Shown: in pieces, positions 29,101-40,142 of the stretch
How the letters are laid out: every line of letters starts with the position of its first letter
Numbering within the stretch: position 1 is the stretch's first letter
NCBI GenBank assembly: GCA_004431415.1
Contig: QPMI01000188.1
Coordinates: 103,201-167,200, forward strand
Source: Cyanophora paradoxa CCMP329
Lineage: Eukaryota > Plantae > Glaucophyta
Direction: 5' to 3'
Length of the DNA: 64,000 nt
The notes under the pieces: model-generated
What the model saw: only the letters and a program-made list of their open reading frames with translations
The model's database searches: none
Told to the model about the DNA's origin: nothing
Made by a program: the position numbers and the translations under genes

Positions 29101-32100
29101 CGGACGGCGGGGTCCGAGGCGGCGACCTCGAGGCGGGCGCGGAGCTCGCCGGGGGCCAGCGCCAGGTGCGCCCCGGGGGGCGAGAGCGGCGCGAGCCCCA
29201 GGGCGCGGCACGCCTCGGCGTCGCCCCCGGCCGCGGTCTCCGGGAAGGGCGGGAGCGGGGCCAGGGGCGCGTCCGGGGCCGCCGCGGCGGCCCGGAGGAG
29301 GTACCCCGCCGCCGGGCGGTAGCGGTCCCCGTCGGTTCGCGGGTCGGCAGCGAAGAGCTGGGCAAGGAAGAAGCCGGGGCCGGGTACGCCGATCTCGAAC
29401 TCGGCGGTGCCCTGGCCCTGGCCCGGGCGAACGAAGCCGGAGGGCAGGCGCGGGAGCGCATCGAAGTCGGAGGGGCGCAGGGGGCCGGAGAGGGGGTCGC
29501 CCTCGACGCGCGAGACGCGAACGAAGGTCTTGACCTCGGGCCGCGCGAGCGCGAAGGCAAGGCGCAGGCCCCCGGGGGGTACGTCGATCAGGGCGCCCCG
29601 GGGGTGGGACGCCGGGCGGATCCCCAGCTCCTGCGAGCAAGCGCGGGGGGCTCAGGGGCAGGGAGGGGAGCGCGGCGGGGGTACAGGCAGGGATGGGGAG
29701 GGGGGGTACGTGGGCGATGTCGGGGCGGGCTCCGCCGTACGCTGTGGGGAAGGCCGGTGCCCCGGACGTGCCCTCTTGGGCCTCGATCTGCGCCCGCGTT
29801 GGCGGGGCGGGGCAGAGAGAAGGGGGGGGGGGGGGGGGGGGGAAGAAGTGGGGCGGGGGGGGGGGTACCAGGTATCCTGCGGCGTACTGCCACTCCTTCT
29901 CGCCCCGCAGGCGGGTCACCACCTGTGCCACGTACGTCCCGGGGCCTGCCCTGGGCTCAGGGAGGAGGGGGGGGGGGGGGGGTGAAGCGAAGGGGTGTAG
30001 GGCCCACGAGGAAAGGCGAGCTCGAGGGTGAGGAGGCGGCGGCCGCCGCCGAGCTCCCCAGGGGGCGCCGTGCCCACGAACCCCGGCGGGACCTGCGCGG
30101 GCCGGCCTCGGCGGGCGCGGCGCAGGCGGGCGGTGGGGTGGGAATTCGAAGGGGGTACGGGCCTCGGGCATGCTGGCCCAGGGCGGCGCCGGCTGGCCGG
30201 GGCGCCAGCCGACCGGGGCTGCGCTCGGGCTGAACGAAGGAGCCGGGCAGGCAGAGGGGGGGGGGTACGCACCCTCGGAGAGGCGGGGGTACACCTCGGC
30301 GGCGGGGTCGGCGAGGAGGAACGGGAGGCGGACGAGGGGCCGCTCGGCGCGAAGGAGCGCCCCGTCCGACTGCCGCTCCACCAGCTGCGGGCGACGGCGG
30401 CGGGTCAGATCAGAGCGCGGAACCCCACCCCACCCCAGGCCGGCGCGTACCTCGATGGAGCATCGCTCGAGGGCGCGGGCGCTGAGGAGCGGCGGTGAGG
30501 CGAGCGGGGCGGGGCGGAGGGGGGGAAGAGGCGAACGCTCGCTCGCCTTCCAAGGGCAAACGAGTCAGGGAAGTGCGGCCCGGGCCCCAGCCCCGACCCC
30601 GCCTCCACCTGGACCCGAGGGTCGCCTCGGCTGGGCTGGGAGGGGGGAGAAGAAGGGAGGGGGGTACGGGCGCGCCTTGAAGGTGACGACGCCCTTGAAG
30701 AGGCGCTGCTCGGCGGTGGGCTTGCGGCCGCCGCCTGTACCCGTCCCGCGGGCCTCCCCCGGGCGGGACTCGGCGAGGGCCATCACGGTGACTTTGTAGC
30801 GGCCGGGGTACGGGAATCGGAGGCGGAGGACGTGGCGCGTGAGGCCGCGGCCCGCCTCCTCGCGCCGGATCGAAACGAGGCCCTCGGCGGGGACGGCGCG
30901 CCGCTCGCGCCCGGGGCCGTCCTTGAAGGCCAGCTCGACTCGGAGCTCGCGGGCGTCCCTGGGGCCGGCGGCGAGCAGGGAGAGCGCGAGGTCGCCCCGG
31001 GGCGCCCCCCAGCGCCGCCGCCAGCACCGCGGCTCCAGTCGGAGGCCCATCCCGTAGAAGAGCGGCTCGGGCCGCGCGTGCTCTGCGAAGGGGTACAGCT
31101 CAGCGAGACGGAGGGGGGGTACGCCGTTGGACGGCGCGGGGTAGGGTCACCGGCGAGGTAGAAGGCCGGCCGGACGTTCTCGAGGAGCTGGTCGCGCTCC
31201 TGGGCCGGCCGGTGCCGCAGCACGAAGAGGGCAGCGGGCGTGTCGAACCTGCCACTTCGTCACGCCTGCAGGAAACTGGGCGGGGGTTGGAGGGGCGGAA
31301 AGGGGGTACCAGAATGGCTCGAAGTGGGGGGTGAAAGACGCGGCCTTCAGGTCGGTGTGGCCGGCGGCCCAGGTCGGGTCGAGCAGGGCCCAGCGCCCCT
31401 CCAGCCGCACGGCGACCCATGCGTGGTCGGTCTTCCCGTCGTGCCCGGACACGTAGCGCGCCGCGAGGCCGGCCCGCCGGCACAGCGCCTCGAGGAGGTA
31501 GGCGTACCCCGCGCACACGGCGACGCGCGTGCGGAGGACGGCCTCGGGGGTGTTGTCCTCCGCCGACGGCGGAGCCTGCGGGGGCCATCCATCCCTCAGC
31601 GGGGCGGGGGCGGGGCCGGGGAAGAAAGGGACGGAGGGCGCACCCCCGTCCGGAGGCGCTCCCGCAGGTACGTCTCGCTGTATGCGATGCGGTCCGCTGT
31701 CCACCGGAACAGCGCGCGCGCCTGCGGCCGGGTCCGGGTCGGCGCGGCGCGGAGCGGAGCGGCGGGAGAGCGGGCGGGGCGGGGCGGGGCGGAGCGGGAT
31801 GGATGGCTGGCTGACTGGCCTTCAGGCGGTCGCTGGAGGGGAAGGGGGCGCAGAGGTACGCCGCGAGAGAGTCCAGCGAGCGCTCCTCGTGGGCGGGGCA
31901 ACTGCGGCCGGCGGCCGGCGGCACCCTCGGCACAAGGCTGGAACGCGCGCGCGGGGCGGGTCGTGCGCACGCGAGGGCGTGCGCGTCCGCCGCGCCGTAG
32001 TCGTCGTGCGGGCGGCGCTCGTCCCCTGCGGGCATCTCGTCGGCGGAGCATTCGCGGCGGGAGCAGACAAGACTCAAGGGCGGGCGCACAGGCCCGGGCT

Positions 32101-32755
32101 TCCTCGGTGAGGAACGAGACGATGGCGGGCTCCGGCGGCGTGGGCGGCTGCGGCTGCTCGACGCGCTGCCGCTTCACCGGCTCCGCCAGCGGCGGCTCAT
32201 GCGGCTGCGAGTTCCCGTAGAGGCTCGACGGCCTCAGCGGGGAGAGGCCGCCGGGCTGCTCGGCCGCGCGCTTCATCTCAAGCGCGTAGTGCTGGGTCTG
32301 CGGGTGAAGTGGCTCGGGTCTGTATGTGTGCGGCCGAAGCTGAACAGCCGGCGCAGATTGGAACGGGGCCCACTGCGGCTGCGCGGCGGGGGCTGGTATG
32401 CGGATCAAATTGAGCCGTTGCAAGGCAACACATGGGCGGGAAGCGCACGTTTAGGGTGATCTTCGAAGAGGCTCTCGATCAATCCCATGCGCTGCACCGG
32501 CTCTGCCGGCTGCTGGCGTAAAGCCGGCTGACCGCTGGGGCCCGCTGCTCTCGCCGCTGGCGCCGGGGCTGCGGCTGCGGGCGGCGGCGCCTGGCGGGGT
32601 CGCTTTTTACAGCACAGGGACCCCGTGACGGCGTCGGACTGCCAACACGGGCAGAACGCGCAGGTGGGGGGGAGGGGAGAGGGGGGACGAACGGCCCGGT
32701 CGACGGGGTACGGGTCATCAGCGAGGTGAGGCTCCTTGTCGGGTCCTTGGCTCAT
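26185..32755 (-). CDS. Kyphoscoliosis-peptidase/Hillarin-like transglutaminase-fold protein with ~9 tandem Ig-like repeats
   Basis: KARALFRWTADRIAY, AVCAGYAYLLEALC (Cys), HAWVAV (His), LLDPTWAAG (Asp), F.TPAALF..RH.P; then repeated FP.(S/T).....FP.PG.Y...L...Y.V modules. Confidence 0.85.
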
Positions 32756-32978
32756 TTCTCGCAGCTGAACGTCGACCTCGCAGAGCTGGCTCGCATCAGC
32801 GCTACGAAGTTAGTAGTTTGCTCAGAGGCCTCCGAAGCCGCCGCAACACGCCTCAGCCGTGAAACCCGCTTGGTCAAGAGCCCGTCGTATCAGGTCCGGT
32901 TGAATTCGACCTGTGCAGCGAATGCACGCGTGCGGACGCTCGGCTAACATCCCCGCTGAGCAGTTCGAGCTGTCTGTG

Positions 32979-34948
32979 ATGTCGTCGCTTTCGATGAAGG
33001 ACATCGACGACCTGATAACGAAGGCCGTCGCTCCTTTGAAAAAAGAGAATGAAGAGCTGAAAGTGCGTGCTCGCTGCACGCGCCTGCGCTTCGCGGTCCG
33101 CCTCTGATTCGGCCCCGCAGACGAAGATGACCGCCTTGGAGGTGACGGGCCCCGCCGGCGCCGTCCCCGTAGCGCTTATTCTGACGCCTTTCGCTCGCGT
33201 ACTTTAGGCTGAAATGAATCAGATGAAGGTGTGATTCTCCGCTCTGCCCGGGTCAGATTTGATCCTGACCGCTCCTGCGACCCCCGCGCAGAACGGCCTC
33301 GTGGTGATGCACAAAGGTCGGTCCTCGGACGTCTCTCGACCCGCACCTCGCTGACGCGCGGCCGGCAGCGCTCCAGAACCAGCTCGGCATGACGGCGGAC
33401 GGGGATCACCTGCGGACGGCGTCGTTCCTGCTCGCGCAGAGCGACCGGGCGCGGCAGCAGAACACCATCGACAAGGCTATCGCCCTCGCAGACGTCGCCA
33501 CCGAGATCCGCGCCCGCGCCCTCGGCGTCGACCACCAGGTGAGCCCCGCCGCGCCGGCGCCGGCGCCGGCGCGTAAGCGAGCGAGCGAGCGCGCGCCCTG
33601 AGCGGGGGCGGCGGCGGCGCGGCGCAGGACTCGGCGCACGCGATGCTGCAGCTGGCTATGCTGGTGAAGATGAAGGGCGACCTGGAGACGGCGCTGAACC
33701 TCTACGCCAAGGCGACCTCCGTCATGCAGAAGACGGCCGGCCGCAAGCACCTCGATACCGCCTCCGCCCTGCACGGTGAGCCGGCCGCCTCTTCGCCTCC
33801 CCGCCCGCCGGCTCGCTCTCTTCCGGCCCCGGCGGCTCACTCGGGCCGCGGCGGCGGCGGCGGCGGCGATGCGCAGCTCTGGGGATGTGCCACCACGCGC
33901 GCGGCGAGCACGACAAGGCCCTTACGATGCTCGAGGCGCGCGCGCGCGATTCGATCGGCGCCGCCCGCCCGCCGCCCGCCGCTGACGCGCCCCGGCACGG
34001 CAGGAGGCGATCTCGATCGTGCGGGAGAAGCTCGGCGCCGACTCGGCGGACGTCGGCCCGCTGCTCGAGGTGTGCGGCGCGGGCCGTCGAACCGCGCGCG
34101 CCGCCCTGCGCCGCTGACGGGGGCCGGTCGGGTCGGTCGGGGCGTGCGTGCGTGCGTGCGCGCAGGCGAAGGCGACGGTTCTGATGGCGCGGGGCGAGTA
34201 CGCGAAGGCGGCGGAGCTTCACGAAGAGACACTGAACCTGTCGCTCAAGGTCCACGGGCCGGACCACCAGAACACGGCGTCGCTGCAGTACAACCTCGGC
34301 CTGGCGCTCTACGCCCAGGGCGAGTACGACAAGGCGCTCCCGCTCTTCGAGAAGGAGTACGAGTTCACGCGCAAGAAGAGCGGGGAGGAGCACCCGAGCA
34401 CGGCGATCACCGCGGGGCAGATGGGGCGCACGCGCATGCAGCAGGGCAAGCTCGAGCTGGCGCGCCCGCTCCTCGAGAACTCGCTGGCCGTGCTCGAGAA
34501 GACGGCGGGGGCGAAGCACCCGTTCACGGCGCGGGCGCTGACGTACCTCGGGGCGTGCCTCGCCAAGGCCGGCAACTTCGCGGCCGCCGGCCCGCTCCTC
34601 ACCCGCGCCCTCGCCATCAAGGAGGAGGTCCAGGGCAAAGACCACACGTGCGCAGCGCGAAGCTCACGACCGCCCGCCCGCCCGCCCGGCGCCGCCTGAC
34701 GGGCGCTGGCTGGGACGGGCAGGGACACGGCGGAGACGCTGTACGAGCTGGGGGTACTCTACGGAGCGGCGGGCGACAAGGAGAACGCCGTCGCAGCGCT
34801 CACCGTGCGCCCGCCCGCCCCGCCGCCCTTTCCGCCGCGTTTCCGACGGGGGCGGGTACAGCGGGCGCTGGCCATCCGCGTGGCTCGCCTCGGGACGACG
34901 CACCCGGACACGATCAAGACCTCCGCCGCGATGGCCAACGTCCAGTAG
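32979..34948 (+). CDS. Coiled-coil plus TPR repeat protein (kinesin-light-chain-type TPRs)
   Basis: Heptad N-terminus LKKENEELKTKMTALEAEMNQMK; repeats such as HGPDHQNTASLQYNLGLALYAQGEYDKALPLFEK and LGTTHPDT. Confidence 0.85.
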
Positions 34949-35536
34949 TACGGCCCGGCCCGGCCCGGGCCGTGCCCCGGCGCCGGCCTCTTTTCCCCCT
35001 TTCCCGACCTAGTAGCGTCCGTTATTCGGTTATTGAAGCATCGAACTAGTGGCCCTTGGTGTAGTATAGTCAGCTCAGCTTTCAGACGCACCCGAAACTT
35101 GAAACTCAGCGAACGAACCACCGCGAGGCGTGCTCACATGAAACCCCTGCTCTTCCCCTTCGCGAACTCGTGATCGGGGCATCACCCCGCTTTGCATTTC
35201 GAATTCTCAGTGCTCGTCGATCCGGTACCGTAGTACTCCAATATTGTGCTCGTGCTCGTGCTTGCAATATTAATTGTACGTTTCCTTTCCTTCTCATGAT
35301 CATGATGAGCTGTCCGAGTCAGTGTCCATGGCCATGTAACACATGGCGCAATAGCAAGTTGTCATCCGAAAAATTCTCAATCAAACTGGTCTACTGTAAC
35401 ACGAGGCTAGCGGGACTCTTAGGCGAACAGCTAGTGCAATGAACATCGATATCGCAATCGGTTGCAAATGAGGAGAAAGGGGGCGGAGGGCCCGGGGGCA
35501 GGGGGCCTCGGAGGAGCGCCCGCGGCCAAGGGGAAG

Positions 35537-38500
35537 CTAGCCGTCGGTGCGGGTGAAGAATGACGTCATGAGCTTCTGCTTCTTGTCGCTGCCGGCAGAG
35601 GCGGCCCCCAGTGAGGCCCGCTTGCCCTTCCCCCGCGCCGAGGCCGACCCGGGCCCGGCCGCCGCCGCCGCCGCCCCAGTCCCCTGGCCCTTCCCTGGCG
35701 GGCTCGCCCCGGCCCTGGAGGCCGCCGGCGTGGGCGCCGGCGTCGGGAGGGACTGGGGGTCGGGGATGCGGCAGGGGGCGGGCGTGCGGGGCACAGGAGC
35801 CGCAGCGGGCCCCTTCGCCTCGCCTTCGTCGTCGTCCGCCTCGAGATCGATCGTGACGGGCTCGCGGGGGGCCCCGGGGGGCGACCCAGACCCCCCCGAG
35901 AGGCGCCCCGCCGCCTGCGCCGGCGCCGGCTCCGACTCGTCGCGCTCGCCGGCGGTGGAGGCGGCTAAGGGGTCGCTGAAGGGGCCGGCCCCGCGGGCGT
36001 TGACGGCGGCAACACGGAAGCTGTACGGGCGCCCGGGGCGAAGGCCCGGGAACCGGTACTTGGAGGCGTTGCCGAGCGCCAGGAAGCACGTCCCAGTCTC
36101 CTCGCACCGAACCTGGCGGGCGCGCCGGCCGCGCGGAGTCGGCGAGAAGAACGCACGGAGGAAGGGGAGGAGATGCGGAGAGGGACCTTGTACGAAGTGA
36201 CGGAGGAGCCGCCGGAGTCGGCGGGGGGCGCCAGGCCCACGGTCACCGTCTTCTCGTCCGCCGCCACGAACGTCGGCGCCGGCGGGGCGCCCGGCAGCGC
36301 TGCGGAGGCGGCCCGGGCCCGTCAGGCGTGCGAGCAAGCGCGAGAAGGCCGGCGTGCGTGGCGCACCGGGCTCGGTCAGGAACTTGAGGGTGAGGGGCGG
36401 GCTGTCCCCGTGCTCGTTGCGGTACCGCAGGCTCACAGTGTACCTGCTCACCGCACGGGCGTGAGCAGCGGCGGGGCTGGGCGGGGCCGAGCAGCTGAAG
36501 GGCGGGGCGGGGCGGGGCCGGGGGCTCACTTGGTGGCGGGGACGAGGCCGCGGGCCTCGAATGCGAGGGCCGGTCCGCAGAAGACCTCGGCGCCGTCGAC
36601 GTGGAGCACGTAGAGGTGCTTCGGCGGGCTGGCGGGCGAGGGCGCGGGAGGGGGCGGCGGCGCTTCCGCGCCCGGCGCAGGCGCCGCCCTCGCCTGCTCG
36701 CGGAAGAGGTCTGCCGCGGTCCTGAAGCCCCCGGCGGCGGCGGCGGGGCCGGCGCGGCGGGCCGGCCTTCGGCTCCTCGGATGCTGCTGGAGGGGCCGGC
36801 TTGGGCGCGGAGGCGGAGGGCGGGGGGGCGGCGGAGGGGGCGGGGGCGGGGGCCGGAGTCGGGGAGGGGTTGGAGGGGGCGCCGGGCTGCGGGGCCCAGT
36901 GGATGGAGAGGGAGGTGGACGTGGGGTGGCACCAGAGGCGGGCCGGCTTCGCGGGGGCCTCTGCGCGCGGCCCATCAGAGATGACGAAGATAAAGAAAGA
37001 GCGAGCGCACCGCCGACGACCTCGACGATTAGGGGCTCGCTCGGGTCGCTCGCGCCGAACTCGTTCTCGGCTGCGGCGCGCCGTCAAGAAGGGATGCGAA
37101 TCCGCGGCGGACGGGAGGGCGGGGGGGCGGGCGGGGGGGCGGGCGGGCGGGCCCCGCACCGACGACGACGAAGGAGTGCGTGCCGCGGGGCAGCTTGCCG
37201 GACCACTGCCACTTCGTGCCCACGTACACCTTCGTTCGCGTCAGGACGAGGCGCGAAGCCAAGCGAGCAGAGCGGCGCGCCTCCTTGCCGTCGACGGAGA
37301 GCGTGCTCTCGCAGCCGAAGGGGTGCACCATCCAGCGGACTTTCACGTGCGCCCCGCGCACGCTCGTCAGCTCCACCGTCGGCCGCAGCGGCTTGCCTGC
37401 GAGTCGGGTTAGATGTAGGGGCGCCGCAGCGTCGCGGGAGGGACCTTGGAGGGTGGTGACGGTGAGGGGCGGGGAGTGGGGGGACGCCCCCCGGGCGTTC
37501 AGCGCCACCACCTCGAAGGAGTAGATGGAGGCCGGCGAGAGGCCCGTCACCTGCCGCCCGGCGTCGCCGCAGGCGTAGGCGTCGGGCGAGGCTGCACGGC
37601 TGGGCGGGGCGGGGCGGGGCAGGGCGCGCACCCTGAACTCCATCGCTAAGCCCTCGTACAGAAGCTGCGCGCCGCGGCGGCGGCGTCAGAGGCGCGGCGG
37701 GGCGGGGCGGCGCGGCACGGGTCGGAATGGGGCGAGCCTTTCCGAACATCTGCGGGAGAGGGGGCGGGCGCTCAGAACCGGGCTGCGGGCGGGCCGGGCG
37801 GGGCGGGGCGGGGCGGGGCGAACGCACGTAGAGCTGGTACTTGGAGATGGGCGAGCCGTTGTCCGAGACAGCCATCCATTCCACCACGCACGAGCGGTCG
37901 TCGACGGCCTTCAGCACGGGCCGCGGCGGCACGCAGGGCACGCCCCGCGACGCCGGCGTCGCGCCGTCTGCCCCGCGGAGTGCGGTGAGACGCGAGAGGT
38001 ATGTGAAAGGGGCGCTGGAGGCGCGCACAGGGGCTCTTGTACTGCGTGTTGTTGAAGCCGCCGTGCGGGGCGCGGGAGCGGGCGGCGGCGGGATTGGAGC
38101 GGTTGTCGTACGTGCTGCGGGAAGACGCGTCGGCGAGCGTCTCGTAAGCAGCCTGGAGCGCCTTGAAGGCCTCCTCCGCCTGCCGGTGCGGGTTCTTGTC
38201 CTGTCCCGTGCGCTCTCCCGTCGGCCCCCAGCGGGCGGCGCGAGAGCGGCGCGCGCGGCTCACGGGATGCAGCACGAGGCACAGCCTCCGGTAGCTCTTC
38301 TGGATCTCCACGAGCGTTGCGGACGGCGGCACGCCCAGGATCAGGTCTGGGCCGGGGCGCGGTCAGCTCCAAGCGAGCGCAGGCGCCCGCGTCTGGGCCG
38401 GGACGCACAGTAGTCTCCCTTTATGGGAAGTACGCGCGTGACAGCCTCGACGAAGCGCGGCTCGATCCCGTCGCCCTCGCCCTCCCCGTCGCCTTCTGCG

Positions 38501-38745
38501 CTCTTGTTGTCGGTCTCTTCCGCCGCCCCGCAGCTCCTCTCAGGTCCGTCTGTCCGCGCTGTGTCGGTGTTCTCCTTCTCCGCTATCCTCCTCTCGAGCT
38601 CTGCTATCCTGCCGCCAAGGTCCAGCGCCGGGACGAGCTTCGACGCGCGCTGCAGCAGGCGGATGGCGCCTTCTATATCCCCGCTGCGCTCGCGCTCGCC
38701 GGCTCGCTCTACCGCGAGATCTGCCTGCTCGCGATTCGCCTCCAT
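35537..38745 (-). CDS. J-domain protein (DNAJB12/14-like N-terminus) with four FN3 domains and C-terminal SIM- and PIP-box-like motifs
   Basis: MEANREQA...AIRLLQRASKL; LGVPPSATLVEIQKSYRRLCLVLHP|DKNPH...AFKALQAAYETLAD (HPD intact across an intron); FN3 motifs GLSPASIYSFEVVALNARG, GLVPATK|YTV...NEHG, GLRPGRPYSFRVAAVNARG. Confidence 0.9.
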
Positions 38746-39102
38746 GCCGGCAGCACCGCCCGCTTGCGCCCGCTGGCCGGGCCCCTTGAATGTTCAAACT
38801 GTCCTCCCGACTTTCTACTGCAGCTGGCCGCCGCTACGCTACGCCGCTACGCTGCCAACTGCTGCAGTTGCCGCTACGCTGCCAACGTGGTCGCGTGGCC
38901 GCTGGGCCGGCTGCTGCGCGGGGCGCCCAAAGTTGAACTTTGGGCCAGCAGTTCGAATCCGACAGAGGGAGTTTCGCGCGTGACGACGTCCAGCGCGGCC
39001 CGCCGGCTCCTCGCGCTGACAGAGAGAGCTTCAAGGTACGAGAGCTAGCTCGCGTTGCGCAAATCTCGAGTTACCGTCGACGCATTTCGACGCCTCGCGC
39101 AG

Positions 39103-39875
39103 ATGCCGTGCCCGGTCGCCGCCGTCGCTACCACGCTCAACATGCTGAACAGCCTGCTCGACAACGCGTTCTTCCGTGCGACCGCGTACGCTGCAGCGCG
39201 CCAGCAGCGCCGCCGACGCGCGCCGCAGTGCACGGCTTGCTCGAGGCGGGCTTCGGCGCCGTCACGATGGTCTCTCCGCACACGCTCCTCAACAAGCGGC
39301 CCGGCGATCTGCCCGAAGTGGCGGTCCTCGCGCTCCAGGCCTTCGGTCTGGCCGTCACCTGCTTCGGGCTCCTCGGGCTTCTCATGTGGCCCTCGCCCAA
39401 CGAGTCGGCGGACAAGCGGAAGGCGGCGCACTGCTTCATGCTGTACCACGTCGGCGCCGCCTACGGGTGCCTCTCCCCCGCGCTCCAGCGGCAACGACTC
39501 GTGCGCGCGCGCCCTGCGCCATCGCCGCCGCCGCCGCCGCCGCGCGGCGCCTCCGCGGCGCCTCCGACCGGGCGGCGCGGCAGGCTCTAGGGATCGCGGA
39601 CGCGAAGAGCGGCGGGATCACTCACATCGCGGTAAAGAGAGCTGCTCGCCCTCCTGTTCGCCAGGTTCGCCCTCACCTGTTCGCGAACAGGTAGCCGTCC
39701 TGTTCGCCCTCTGGATCCTCGTGAACAAGCCCTCGCCCCCGCCCGCCCCGCGCCCCGCCCCGGCCGTGGCGCCGGCGCCCGCCCCCGTCGCCAAGAAAGC
39801 CAGTGCGCGCGGGACCCGCTGTTCTCGGCCGCTCCGGATCCGGCCTCACTCCGCCCCCTGCCCCGCGCAGACTGA
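39103..39875 (+). CDS. Small multi-pass membrane protein, unknown family
   Basis: Spliced ORF with hydrophobic segments HGLLEAGFGAVTMV, LQAFGLAVTCFGLLGLLMW, CFMLYHVGAAY, HIAVAVLFALWILV. Confidence 0.7.
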
Positions 39876-40142
39876 CGTCCTGAGGCGACCCCCGGCCCCG
39901 AGTCCCACCCCCCACCCTCCACCACCTCCCCGCCCCCTCCCCCCCCTGGCGCTTCGTACATACAGCCCTCCACTCGCACACAACACATCCTCCCGCTTCA
40001 ACTTCCGAGTTCACTTCGCTTCGCTTCAGAGGGCGGCGAGCGCACAGCCAAGCCTAGCCTCAAATCCAGATCTACCGCGACACCCAAGCCAGCCACCTCA
40101 AGCTTAGGCTATCTCTCGACTCGAGCTCGAGCTGGGCTGTCT

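Noticed and set aside
26185-30381. Long Pro/Arg/Gly/Ala-rich ORFs (e.g. 26185-28344, 28163-29560, 50875-52620, 56601-58349) as standalone genes
   Set aside because: These are stop-poor shadow frames of very GC-rich DNA; the real coding signal lies in spliced exons in other frames or strands.
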